A stretch of 64,000 bases of DNA from Eubacterium sp. (GTDB taxonomy: Bacteria; Bacillota; Clostridia; Peptostreptococcales; Anaerovoracaceae). The stretch spans positions 55,064 through 119,063 of the forward strand of contig JAFWHX010000002.1 in the NCBI GenBank assembly GCA_017533915.1, in the 5' to 3' direction. The stretch's first letter is position 1; each line of letters starts with the position of its first letter. The position numbers were made by a program, and so were the translations under genes. The notes beneath the pieces are model-generated. The model saw only the letters and a list, made by a program, of their open reading frames with translations. It did no database searches and was not told where the DNA came from. Shown here one piece after another: positions 10,932 through 20,087 of the stretch.

Positions 10932-11942
10932 TCAGGCCAGTGCTTCCGCTAATACTGTAAGATTGCTCTCCATGGAATCGAGATATGTCTTGCCTTTATT
11001 AAAGTCATCTATTGCAGCAGTCTGCATAGAATCCAGTATCAGGATCTTCTGGCTGCCTGTTTTAGTATTCTCAATGATCGTCCTGGCTATGGCCTGATCA
11101 GAGCCGTCGATCGTCATGACAAAGTCCAGTCCGAGCTCATCTACCTTGTTCGCCAGGAACGTCACGGTCTCAAAGCTTGCTTCTGTCTCCGCCGAGCATC
11201 CGACGAACGCCGCGTAATATTTAAGTCCGTAGTCGTCGAACATATAGCGGAACGGGAATCTGTCGCCGAACAGGACTGTATCTTTCTTTCCCGCCTTTAC
11301 AGCTTCTTCATATCTTCCGTCAAGCTCATTGAGCTTTTCGGTATACGCCGCGGCGTTGGCTTTGTAAGCATCTGCATTGTCAGGATCCTCTTCTGCAAGC
11401 GTATCACCGATCGCGCTTACTATGATCTCTGCGTTCCTGAGTGAGAGCCAGACATGTTCGTCATATTCAGGACCCTCTTCCTCGTCTTCTTCACCTTCGC
11501 CGTGTTCTTCCTCTTCTTCCTCCATGCCTTCAACGATCTCTTCTTCTTTTGCCTTATCTCCGATAAGCCCCATAAGATCTATGACCTTCATATCTTTGTT
11601 AGCAGCCCCTTTAAGAGCATCTTCGACCCATTCGTCAGACTCCCCGCCGACATAGATGAATATGTCACATTCAGATATCTTCATAAGGTCATCAGCTGTC
11701 GGCTGATAGCTGTGAAGGTCGACTTTGTTGTCAAGAAGCATCGTGACGTCTGCTCCGTCTGCTTTGTCGCCCAGGACATTCATCACCCAGTCATATTCCG
11801 GGAAGATAGTGGTAACGATCTTAAGTCCTCCATCGGACGTCTTTTCTGCGGCTGGGTCACTCTTCTGTCCACATCCTGCAGCAAAACACACTATAAGAGC
11901 AACGGCCATAAACACCGCAATCATTTTCATATTCTTTTTCAT
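10932..11942 (-). CDS. znuA: Metal ABC transporter substrate-binding lipoprotein, Zn-type (acidic/His-rich loop)
   Basis: Lipobox FAAGC and a ZnuA/TroA cluster A-I fold. The loop EEEEEEHGEGEEDEEEGPEYDEH is characteristic of zinc-specific binding proteins. Confidence 0.85.
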   Translation of the reverse strand: MKKNMKMIAVFMAVALIVCFAAGCGQKSDPAAEKTSDGGLKIVTTIFPEYDWVMNVLGDKADGADVTMLLDNKVDLHSYQPTADDLMKISECDIFIYVGGESDEWVEDALKGAANKDMKVIDLMGLIGDKAKEEEIVEGMEEEEEEHGEGEEDEEEGPEYDEHVWLSLRNAEIIVSAIGDTLAEEDPDNADAYKANAAAYTEKLNELDGRYEEAVKAGKKDTVLFGDRFPFRYMFDDYGLKYYAAFVGCSAETEASFETVTFLANKVDELGLDFVMTIDGSDQAIARTIIENTKTGSQKILILDSMQTAAIDDFNKGKTYLDSMESNLTVLAEALA

Positions 11943-12051
11943 TTTTTCACTCCAATCAAAATCAAACTACGCAAAAACTGACAAATACCCTAAAGTATCA
12001 GTCATATATCACAAAAAAATGATATATCTGACCTGAGAACTCCAGTATTCG

Positions 12052-12354
12052 TCAGTTATTGAGTCTGACTTTCATTGTAATGAGATTTTCTGCTGTTCTG
12101 GATACAGTCCTGCCCAGAGACGGAAGGACCATAGTAAGAAGAAGCACGACAACAGCTGTTGTAACAGAAACAGCCGGAGAAACTCTCTTTGTGAGGCTCC
12201 CGGACATCTCTATCATCTTGCAGACAGGACATCCGTTATTGTCACACTCATGAAAAGCTTCCGCAGAAATGTAATAAAAAGACAGCGCGGCAGACGTCGT
12301 GATGAGCGCCGCGAGCAGAAGTATTATTACTTTTTTCCATACATTCTTGATCAT
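12052..12354 (-). CDS. Small two-TM membrane protein with an H-x-C-x4-C-P-V-C motif, function unknown
   Basis: 100-aa ORF with an N-terminal TM, the motif HECDNNGCPVC, and a second TM. Two TATAAT boxes lie upstream, but there is no clear SD. Confidence 0.55.
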   Translation of the reverse strand: MIKNVWKKVIILLLAALITTSAALSFYYISAEAFHECDNNGCPVCKMIEMSGSLTKRVSPAVSVTTAVVVLLLTMVLPSLGRTVSRTAENLITMKVRLNN

Positions 12355-12456
12355 AATACTGTCTGCATTATAGCATTATAGTTCGCTTTTGTGAAACGTC
12401 CTGGCCGGAAAACGCATAAAATTGACTGGAAGCACACATATTCCACACAATCGGGA

Positions 12457-13707
12457 TCACTTGAGGACATAGACTTTTCTGTTCCGCCTGCCCCAGCTGA
12501 AGCATTCTTTGGTGCTCCTCATGTAGAGGTCGATGATATGTCCTTTCACGGCGCCGCCGCAGTCATTCGCGACAGCGGTGCCGTAGCCTTCCACATACAG
12601 TTTTGTGCCGTATGGGATAACTTTTGGATCTACAGCGCAGGTCCCGTAATGGCAGTGCCCGCCTGTGGCTCCGTGCGCATTATTGCCGAAGTAGTACGCC
12701 GTGCAGTTCCCGATAAAGGTCTCGCCGAATTCGACCGCGCCTGTCTCACCTGTCACACTGGTCCCGAATTTCAGCTGAATGTCAGTCGGCTTCCTGATCC
12801 AGTGGTCGAATTCTTTCTTCGTCTTTTTCTTCTTTCCGTTTATATATTTGTATGTGTATTTATATACGGCCTTTCCTGGCTTTCCCTCGGTCCTCACGAT
12901 CGTGCCGGACGCGATCCCCTTATCGAAGACAGCTCCCTTCTCGACCGGCTCGATAGTCTCTTTCTTCTCCTTGACGACGATCTTCACACGTGTGATCTTT
13001 ATCCTGTCGTCAAAATCCAGCTCTTTGTCGAGTTCCGGCTCTATCACGTCGTCTTCATCCCATTCGATGCCATTATACCCGAGAGTATCTTCGACATTGC
13101 CCGGATACATCATTATATCGACTTTCTCACCGCCGATCTTTGCAGCTGCAGACTCCGCCTTCTTTATCCTGATAGTCATTCCATTTGAGATGAAAGCATC
13201 AGCTCCGGAATTCTGCTTTTGCTTCAGAGTTTCAGCGGCTTCTTCATCAGCTTCACCGCCGCCATCCACGCTGCGGTCGTAAGAAGTGTCATATCCGGCG
13301 GGGTCCGTATCACGCATACTGCCCGCGGTCCTCTCAAAACCCTGGGCGAACGGAACGAGCGATTCTTCTTTTCCCCATTTACCGGTCTGATGCATGTACC
13401 AGCTTTTTAAAGACGCCTTTATATCATCTGTAGTCGGGTCCATCGCGGCAGTCTCATACAGGTCGAGCACCATGTCGTCATCTGCGATCTCATACTTATG
13501 CTCGGCCAGGAAATCTGACACCCTGTGAGCACGCGTCTCGTATTCAGCCTCAGTCTCACCGTTGAAGGTGATGTATCTCACAGTCACCTTCCGCGGAATG
13601 AACTCATCTACAACAGGTACAGCAGCAAGCACCACAAGAAGGACTGCTATAAACAGCAGCCACTTCCCTGCAGACCAGCGTTTTTTCTGTTTAACGTCTT
13701 TACCCAT
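12457..13707 (-). CDS. YabE/RpfB-architecture cell-wall protein (TM, 2x DUF348, G5, 3D domain)
   Basis: 416 aa. It has an N-terminal TM, a G5-like segment (IVRTEGKPGKAVYKYTYKYINGKK) and a C-terminal 3D/DPBB domain (GNCTAYYFGNNAHGATGG...AVDPKVIPYGTKLYVEGYG...ANDCGGAVKGHIIDLYM). Confidence 0.85.
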   Translation of the reverse strand: MGKDVKQKKRWSAGKWLLFIAVLLVVLAAVPVVDEFIPRKVTVRYITFNGETEAEYETRAHRVSDFLAEHKYEIADDDMVLDLYETAAMDPTTDDIKASLKSWYMHQTGKWGKEESLVPFAQGFERTAGSMRDTDPAGYDTSYDRSVDGGGEADEEAAETLKQKQNSGADAFISNGMTIRIKKAESAAAKIGGEKVDIMMYPGNVEDTLGYNGIEWDEDDVIEPELDKELDFDDRIKITRVKIVVKEKKETIEPVEKGAVFDKGIASGTIVRTEGKPGKAVYKYTYKYINGKKKKTKKEFDHWIRKPTDIQLKFGTSVTGETGAVEFGETFIGNCTAYYFGNNAHGATGGHCHYGTCAVDPKVIPYGTKLYVEGYGTAVANDCGGAVKGHIIDLYMRSTKECFSWGRRNRKVYVLK

Positions 13708-13717
13708 GATGTAACTT

Positions 13718-16700
13718 CTACTCTGTGCGAAGAGCTGTCACCGGATCGCTGTTTGCTGCTTTGCGCGACGGGATCCACCCGCCGATCAGAGTAAGTACGA
13801 TGCTGAGCAGCACGAGCACGACAGCGGCATCGGCCGGGATCATGGCATACATCCTGGTACCGCCGGATAACGTCTGAAGAATAAAATTCTCAAGAGGCAT
13901 AAGCGCGTAGGATATACCTATCCCGAGAAGACCGGCAAGCGCACCGATTATGAATGTCTCCGCGTTGAACACGTTCGCAACGTTGCCTTTTGACGCGCCC
14001 ATCGCGCGGAGTATACCGATCTCTTTCTTGCGTTCGAGCACGCTGATATATGTGATGACGCCGATCATTATCGACGATACAACGAGCGAGATAGCGACGA
14101 AGGCGATGAGCACCATGCTCAGCTGATTGATGATCTCAGTGACCGAAGACATCAAAGCCCCTACGATGTCAGAGTATGTGATCACCTTGTCATCTTCTTC
14201 CGCCTTCTTCATACGGTCATTGTACGAATCTATTATATTAATGACCTCTTCTTTACTCTCAAAGTTCTTCGGATAGATCTGGATCATGCTCGGCTCATCC
14301 AGATCCGCATACCCGAAGTTCTTCATATTGTCTTCATATGTGGCGTTCCCTGTGGTCATCAGCTGTGTGATCATCTGCGTAAGGTCATCCTCATCCATAT
14401 CCATCTTGAATGCAGCTGCAAACGCATCCGGATTTATGCTCATCGCATGTTTCATGCCGGACACGATCTGCTTCATCATGGCTTTGGTATATGTGGACAT
14501 GTAGTTCGCCATACCCTGTGTCATCTTCTTCTGGAGTGCCTTGGATATGCTGCTCATATCCGGCATCAGGCCGGCCATCGCTGTGGAGATTATCTTCTTG
14601 GCATCATCAGTCTTCATATAATCTTCCAGCACTTTGTTGACGTCGATGTCGCTTACGATGCCCTCTTCTATCGCGTATTGTATATAAGCCTCATAAAGTT
14701 CTGATAAGATCTGTGTCAGTTCCTCCTGCGTTGTTTCCTGTGTGATCTTCCCGGCGATCTCCTTTGCCTGATCAGTCTGCATGAACTTGGCAAAACCTTC
14801 TGCCAGCTTCTCCGGATCCAGAGCATCGCCATAATTCTCTTTGACATATTCGGCAAAGCCTTTCATGATGCCTGTCATCATCTTGCTCATAGCATCGCCG
14901 GCATCCGGGGTCTTCATCTTACTGAAGACAGAAGAGAAATCAAAGTCGTTCTTATTCGCCTTCGGGAGCTTCTTCGGATCGACCTTCATCTTTCCTGCAT
15001 CGAACTTGAACGCATCTTTGAGAGCGTCCTTGTCCATGGTGACCATGTCTTCAAAATCAAAATCTGAATTGTCATCATCACCGAAGTCTTTGCCCGTCAG
15101 GACGTTTTTACCTCTGTCGTCCAGCTGTGCCTGAACGATATCTGAATCCCTGTTCTGATCTATGATATATTCGATAAGGTCCGGGTGGAACACAAAGCCT
15201 ATCGTAAGCGGTGTAATCGAGGCATCCTCTTTTGGCTTCACTATTCCCGTGATCGTAAGCTTGTCGCCCTTCGCAGCGACTTTATTCATGTATTTTCTGT
15301 TGTCCCTTTTGTCGATGTACACGTCTTTGTCAGCATCATACTTATAGCATGATGAGTTCTTGATGAGTCTGAATTCCTGGCCCATAAAGAAAGAAGCGTC
15401 ATATTCTTTGTCACTGTAGTCCATGGTGACTTCTTCACCTTTGGCAAATTGCTTCACCGCGTCTTCCAGCTCCTTCGGGTCGCGTTCGCCAAGCATAAAC
15501 AGTACAAGATCGCTGACTTCACCATTGGAGGAAAGTACCAGTGTCAGATCATGCTCGTCTTCAGGCCAGTGTCCTGCGACAACATCATACTGGTCTTTAT
15601 ACATCCCCTCATCCGCCGGCAGCTGCCAGAAGCTGTCCGTACTCATCATCATCGACATCAGATTGTTCGATGTCCCGGACGATCCGGCAAGGCCGACTGC
15701 GGCGAAAGAGTTGTCCGGATTGACCTGCCTGAATTTTCCTTTGTCATCTTCTCTATAGATCAAAGGCACGATGCTGTATCTGTATTCTATCGCTGACGTA
15801 TAATCGTTGATCTTGCTTTCATCGCTTTCCAGGAATTTCCTGAACGATTTCAGGTCATTCGCATTTGATTTGGAGAATATCTCAGTGATGGTCTTCAGCT
15901 CGCCGATCTTCTCGCCATATTCGTCCATTTCGTCGACTGCACTGCCCTCAACGTTCTTGCCGTTCGTGCTCTGAGCCTTCCCACCGCTGCCTTCTGCCTT
16001 GCCCGAGCCGTCCTTGCCGTTCTTTTTTTCGGCCTCATCTTTATTCTGGGTGTTGCTTATTCCCTCGGCTGTAGTCATCAATGACGTGAGATCAAAACCC
16101 GTATTCTGTATCTGGATCGGATATTGTGAAAGCGTCTCCTCTTCGACCAGCTCTATATATTTATTGACTCCTGTTGACAGCGACAGGATGAGCGCGATCC
16201 CGATGATACCGATCGACCCTGCAAACGCGATAAGCAAAGTCCTGCCCTTCTTCGTCATCAGATTGTTAAAGCTCAGCGTGAGTGCCGTAAAGAATGACAT
16301 GGATGCCCTTTTATTGCGTTTCACGCGCGTTGCCTTAACTGCCTCAGCTGCTTCTGACTTGTCAGTGCTTTCCGCGACAGATGCTTCCTTATCAGTTTCC
16401 GCGGCAGCTGTTTTTTCAGCTACTTCTTCGACCGCTGACTCCTCGGCTTCATTCTCGGATCCTGCAGTCGCCACGTTTCCCTGACTGTCATCCTCCGACA
16501 CAACTGCGGCAGCTTGGCTCCCTTCGCTTTCTTCACCAGATACTGCGGCAGCTGGATAAAATGGATCAGAATCTGATACTACTTTGCCGTCTCTAAGGTT
16601 GATTATCCGCGTCGCGTACTTATCGGCCAGCTCAGGGTTGTGAGTTACCATCACGACCAGCCGGTCACTAGCCACTTTCTTAAGAAGCTCCATGACCTGG

Positions 16701-17233
16701 ATGCCAGTCTTGCTGTCGAGAGCACCTGTCGGCTCATCCGCGAGCACGATATCAGGGTCGTTGACAAGAGCACGCGCGATAGCGACTCTCTGCATCTGTC
16801 CGCCTGAAAGCTGCATCGGGAGCTTGTGGATATGCTCTGCCAATCCAACATCTGCCAGAGCCTTCTCAGCTCTGGCTTTACGCTGGCCTGCCGGGACTCC
16901 TCCTATGGTGAGCGCGAGCTCCACATTCTTAAGAACAGTCTGGTGCGGTATAAGGTTGTAGCTCTGGAAAACAAAACCTATAGTGTGGTTTCTGTAGGTA
17001 TCCCAGTCACGGTCTTTATACTTAGCGGTTGAGACCCCGTTTATCACCAGTTCTCCGCTGTCTGCTTCATCCAGACCGCCTATGATATTAAGAAACGTGG
17101 TCTTGCCTGATCCGCTCGGCCCGAGCACCGCTACAAACTCATTGTCGCGCAGGTTCATGCTCACCCCGTCAAGCGCCATCTGCGTAAGACCAGCAGTCCT
17201 GTATTCCTTTTTGATATTTTTGATCTCTAACAT
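13718..17233 (-). CDS. Fused ABC transporter: LolD/MacB-type ATPase plus FtsX/MacB-type permease with a ~700-aa extracytoplasmic domain
   Basis: Walker A GPSGSGKTT, LSGGQMQR, Walker B VLADEPTGALD. A low-complexity linker, TM1 and a huge extracellular region follow, then the C-terminal FtsX 3-TM module (ERKKEIGILRAMGASKG). I chose the ATG at 17233 (MLEIKNIKKEY) because it has a GGAAGGGGA RBS. The track ORF begins at a TTG at 17254. Confidence 0.9.
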   Translation of the reverse strand: MLEIKNIKKEYRTAGLTQMALDGVSMNLRDNEFVAVLGPSGSGKTTFLNIIGGLDEADSGELVINGVSTAKYKDRDWDTYRNHTIGFVFQSYNLIPHQTVLKNVELALTIGGVPAGQRKARAEKALADVGLAEHIHKLPMQLSGGQMQRVAIARALVNDPDIVLADEPTGALDSKTGIQVMELLKKVASDRLVVMVTHNPELADKYATRIINLRDGKVVSDSDPFYPAAAVSGEESEGSQAAAVVSEDDSQGNVATAGSENEAEESAVEEVAEKTAAAETDKEASVAESTDKSEAAEAVKATRVKRNKRASMSFFTALTLSFNNLMTKKGRTLLIAFAGSIGIIGIALILSLSTGVNKYIELVEEETLSQYPIQIQNTGFDLTSLMTTAEGISNTQNKDEAEKKNGKDGSGKAEGSGGKAQSTNGKNVEGSAVDEMDEYGEKIGELKTITEIFSKSNANDLKSFRKFLESDESKINDYTSAIEYRYSIVPLIYREDDKGKFRQVNPDNSFAAVGLAGSSGTSNNLMSMMMSTDSFWQLPADEGMYKDQYDVVAGHWPEDEHDLTLVLSSNGEVSDLVLFMLGERDPKELEDAVKQFAKGEEVTMDYSDKEYDASFFMGQEFRLIKNSSCYKYDADKDVYIDKRDNRKYMNKVAAKGDKLTITGIVKPKEDASITPLTIGFVFHPDLIEYIIDQNRDSDIVQAQLDDRGKNVLTGKDFGDDDNSDFDFEDMVTMDKDALKDAFKFDAGKMKVDPKKLPKANKNDFDFSSVFSKMKTPDAGDAMSKMMTGIMKGFAEYVKENYGDALDPEKLAEGFAKFMQTDQAKEIAGKITQETTQEELTQILSELYEAYIQYAIEEGIVSDIDVNKVLEDYMKTDDAKKIISTAMAGLMPDMSSISKALQKKMTQGMANYMSTYTKAMMKQIVSGMKHAMSINPDAFAAAFKMDMDEDDLTQMITQLMTTGNATYEDNMKNFGYADLDEPSMIQIYPKNFESKEEVINIIDSYNDRMKKAEEDDKVITYSDIVGALMSSVTEIINQLSMVLIAFVAISLVVSSIMIGVITYISVLERKKEIGILRAMGASKGNVANVFNAETFIIGALAGLLGIGISYALMPLENFILQTLSGGTRMYAMIPADAAVVLVLLSIVLTLIGGWIPSRKAANSDPVTALRTE

Positions 17234-17267
17234 CAACGTCCCCTTCCGGTCCAAGGGTATATAAACA

Positions 17268-17441
17268 TCATTCTTCAGTTTTCAGCTTCGTATCTTCAGT
17301 ATCTGACTTGTCGGTCTTCCGGCTTGACTCTTCAGTGTTTTTCCCGACTTCGTCTGACAAATGGGCTTTTGATGATTCATCTACGCTGTCGATGACCATG
17401 CGCATCACGCTGTCATCAAGCCTGCCTATTACTGATTCCAT
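17268..17441 (-). CDS. Candidate small acidic protein (57 aa) leading the ABC operon
   Basis: An ATG preceded by GGGGAGAAGAA opens MESVIGRLDDSVMRMVIDSVDESSKAHLSDEVGKNTEESSRKTDKSDTEDTKLKTEE. It is below the track size cutoff and has no recognisable domain. Confidence 0.35.
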   Translation of the reverse strand: MESVIGRLDDSVMRMVIDSVDESSKAHLSDEVGKNTEESSRKTDKSDTEDTKLKTEE

Positions 17442-17566
17442 TTCTTCTCCCCAGCTTAAGAGCCTACTTACCTATTTTATAGTATCATTGTACCATACGA
17501 TGCAATACCTTCACTCCGGGAGCCCTGCGGGCTGTTCCGGAGTGAAATAAGATCGATTGGAAGGGC

Positions 17567-17621
17567 TTGACGGCTAATAGCTATTAGCCTATAATCAGAT
17601 TGGCTAATGTTTATTAGCCAA
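17567..17621 (+). promoter_or_regulatory. Sigma-A-type promoter with two flanking TetR-type palindromic operators
   Basis: The promoter is TTGACG (17567-17572), a 17-nt spacer, then TATAAT (17590-17595). Operator O1 is GGCTAAT-AGCT-ATTAGCC (17572-17589). Operator O2 is GGCTAAT-GTTT-ATTAGCC (17602-17619). Confidence 0.6.
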
Positions 17622-17662
17622 TCTTTAGTTGAACTATATACCTGCTTTCAATGGAGGATCAT

Positions 17663-18238
17663 ATGGATACCAGAGAAAAGATACTGACAGAGGCTGTGAA
17701 ACTTTTTGCGCGTGATGGTTTTGATGCTGTAACTGTTGAGATGATCGCCGAGGCGGTCGGTATCAAAGCGCCGTCGCTATACAAGCATTACAGGAGCAAG
17801 CAGGACATCTTCACCTCGATCATAAAAGAGATGGAGCGGATGGATGAAGTAAATGCCGCAGCGTCAGGAATGCCTGACAGGCCGCAGGACGAAAAGATCG
17901 ATCTGCAGGGATTCATGGATTACTGCCGAAAAATGTTCAGATACTGGACAGAGGATGTATTTGCCTGTTCTTTCAGAAGGATGCTGACGGTAGAACAATA
18001 CAAAAGCCCGGAAATGAGCAGGCTTTACCATCAGTATCTGGGAAGCGGTCCGCTGGGGTACACAAAAGATATCGTCGGGTCGGACGAGGCAGCTGTTGCT
18101 TTATACGGACCGATGCACCTATTGTACAGCATTTATGACAGTACAAGTGAAAAACGCGGGCAGGGCTTTGATGACGCTGCATATATGATGCTGGATACTC
18201 ACCTGAAAAACTGGTATCAGAAATATGTCACGAAATAA
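17663..18238 (+). CDS. TetR/AcrR family transcriptional regulator
   Basis: N-terminal HTH TREKILTEAVKLFARDGFDAVTVEMIAEAVGIKAPSLYKHYRSKQDIF. The ATG at 17663 follows a GGAGGA RBS. The track ORF starts at 17651. Confidence 0.9.
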   Translation: MDTREKILTEAVKLFARDGFDAVTVEMIAEAVGIKAPSLYKHYRSKQDIFTSIIKEMERMDEVNAAASGMPDRPQDEKIDLQGFMDYCRKMFRYWTEDVFACSFRRMLTVEQYKSPEMSRLYHQYLGSGPLGYTKDIVGSDEAAVALYGPMHLLYSIYDSTSEKRGQGFDDAAYMMLDTHLKNWYQKYVTK

Positions 18239-18252
18239 CAGGAGGCGCTGAA

Positions 18253-18996
18253 ATGAAATATCCGTTGAGCAAAAAGTATGAAAAACCTGAACTTATGTCG
18301 AAGATCATGGGGCCGAACCCGATCAAGCTCGAAGAAGAGCTCCTCACCGATAATCTGATACCGAAAGGCGCGACAGTCTGCGATCTTGGAAGCGGGCAAG
18401 GCCTGACGAGCGTGTTTCTTGCGAAGGAGTACGGATTCAGGGTATATGCTGCAGATCTGTGGAGCGACCCGGAAGAGAACCTCAGATTTTTTATCGATAT
18501 GGGGCTGAAGGTACCTGACGGCGGTGCTGAAGATGACGACTGGCAGATCGTTCCGGTGAAAGCCGACGCAGAAGACCTGCCGTTTGAAAAAAATCTCTTT
18601 GATGCTGTCGTGTCAACTGACTCATATAACTATTTCGGACGTGATCCGGACTATCTTGACAACAAGCTCCTGCCTTTCATAAAGAAGGGAGGCTATGTCT
18701 ATATAGCGATACCGGGCATGAAAAAAGACTGCCACGACGCCCTTCCCGAAGAGCTTTTGCTCTCGTGGACGCCGGAGCAGCTTGAATACATGCACGACGT
18801 AACGTACTGGTCTGACATGGTAAGCCATGCTGAAGGCGCAGACGTTATTACTGTCGAAGAGATGAAATCAAATGAAGAAGTCTGGGCAGACTGGCTTGCC
18901 CAGGATAACGAATACGCAGTCGGCGACCGCAGGTCTATGGAGGCCGGAGGCGGCAAATATCTTGATTTTATCAAGATCGTGCTTCGCAGGCGGTGA
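18253..18996 (+). CDS. Class I SAM-dependent methyltransferase
   Basis: Motif I VCDLGSGQGLTSVFLA and an acidic post-I residue (VYAADL). RBS AGGAGG upstream. Confidence 0.85.
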   Translation: MKYPLSKKYEKPELMSKIMGPNPIKLEEELLTDNLIPKGATVCDLGSGQGLTSVFLAKEYGFRVYAADLWSDPEENLRFFIDMGLKVPDGGAEDDDWQIVPVKADAEDLPFEKNLFDAVVSTDSYNYFGRDPDYLDNKLLPFIKKGGYVYIAIPGMKKDCHDALPEELLLSWTPEQLEYMHDVTYWSDMVSHAEGADVITVEEMKSNEEVWADWLAQDNEYAVGDRRSMEAGGGKYLDFIKIVLRRR

Positions 18997-19022
18997 AGTC
19001 TGCATGCCACTGCCTCTGTATC

Positions 19023-20087
19023 CTAACTGTGATGAATTGCTGCCTTCCTGCTCTGGAAGAAACGGTCCATTACGTCATCTGCGATCTCTGATTTCTTCTC
19101 GCGGCTCATCAGCCTCTCGACCATGTCGACCGGATCGACTCCGCCGTTGACGATCATATCCAGAGCGTGGACTATCGGCATATCGACTTCGTATTTCTCT
19201 GAGAGCTCGAGTGCTGCAGGAAGTGCGTTCAGGCCTTCTACCACCTGCCCGATCTCTTTCACTGCTTCATCGACCGGCACGCCCTGTCCGATAAGTATGC
19301 CGCAGCGGTTGTTTCTGCTGTGCATACTCGTTGCAGTGACGATCAGGTCGCCGATCCCTGCAAGGCCGCTGAACGTCTGCTCCATGCAGCCCATCTTAAG
19401 GCCGAGTCTCGTGATCTCCGCCATGCCGCGGGTGATGAGAGCAGCTTTCGCATTGTCTCCGCAGCCGATACCGACAGCAACACCGCATGAGAGCGCTATA
19501 ACGTTTTTCAGTGCTCCACAGAGTTCTACTCCAAGTACGTCAGCATTCGTGTATACACGCATACATGTATTTGTGAATACATCCTGCACGATCTCGGCAG
19601 CTTTCATGTCCTCACAAGCTGACACTATGGTAGTCGGCATATCGAGCGCGATCTCCTCCGCATGCGTAGGACCAGACAGCGCGACGACCTTCACGTTGGA
19701 ATGTGCGCCGTCTTTATTGAGCTCATCTGAAATGATCTGCGACATCGTGAACAAAGTATCTTTCTCGATCCCCTTTCCGACGTCCGCAATGATCTGCCCG
19801 TCAGGAATGTAATCCCTTGCTTTTGCTATCGTCTGTCTGATGAACACAGACGGGATCGCACACATGATCACGTCTTTATCTCTGCACGCTTCACTTATAT
19901 CCAGTGTATATTTTATTCCCTCAGGGATCTCCATCCCCGGCAGGTTATGATGCTTATGCGTAGTACTGCATTCCTCGATCTCGCTCTCAATGGCTGACCA
20001 TACCAGAACGTCATGTCCGCTGTTATACAGCATCCTCGCGAGCGACATACCTATCGTTCCACAGCCCAGCACACCAATCTTAGCCAT
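19023..20087 (-). CDS. gpsA: NAD(P)H-dependent glycerol-3-phosphate dehydrogenase
   Basis: 354 aa. Rossmann motif IGVLGCGTIGMSLA and GpsA core GALKNVIALSCG...GLAGIGDLIVT. Confidence 0.95.
   Translation of the reverse strand: MAKIGVLGCGTIGMSLARMLYNSGHDVLVWSAIESEIEECSTTHKHHNLPGMEIPEGIKYTLDISEACRDKDVIMCAIPSVFIRQTIAKARDYIPDGQIIADVGKGIEKDTLFTMSQIISDELNKDGAHSNVKVVALSGPTHAEEIALDMPTTIVSACEDMKAAEIVQDVFTNTCMRVYTNADVLGVELCGALKNVIALSCGVAVGIGCGDNAKAALITRGMAEITRLGLKMGCMEQTFSGLAGIGDLIVTATSMHSRNNRCGILIGQGVPVDEAVKEIGQVVEGLNALPAALELSEKYEVDMPIVHALDMIVNGGVDPVDMVERLMSREKKSEIADDVMDRFFQSRKAAIHHS

Noticed and set aside
11943-12051. Zur box in front of znuA
   Set aside because: I found no match to the AAATCGTAATNATTACGATTT-type palindrome. 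Only an AT-rich inverted repeat of different sequence is present, reported separately at low interest.
12391-13188. 265-aa plus-strand ORF opposite the YabE-like gene
   Set aside because: It is antisense to a gene with clear G5 and 3D domains and begins at a non-ATG codon without an RBS.
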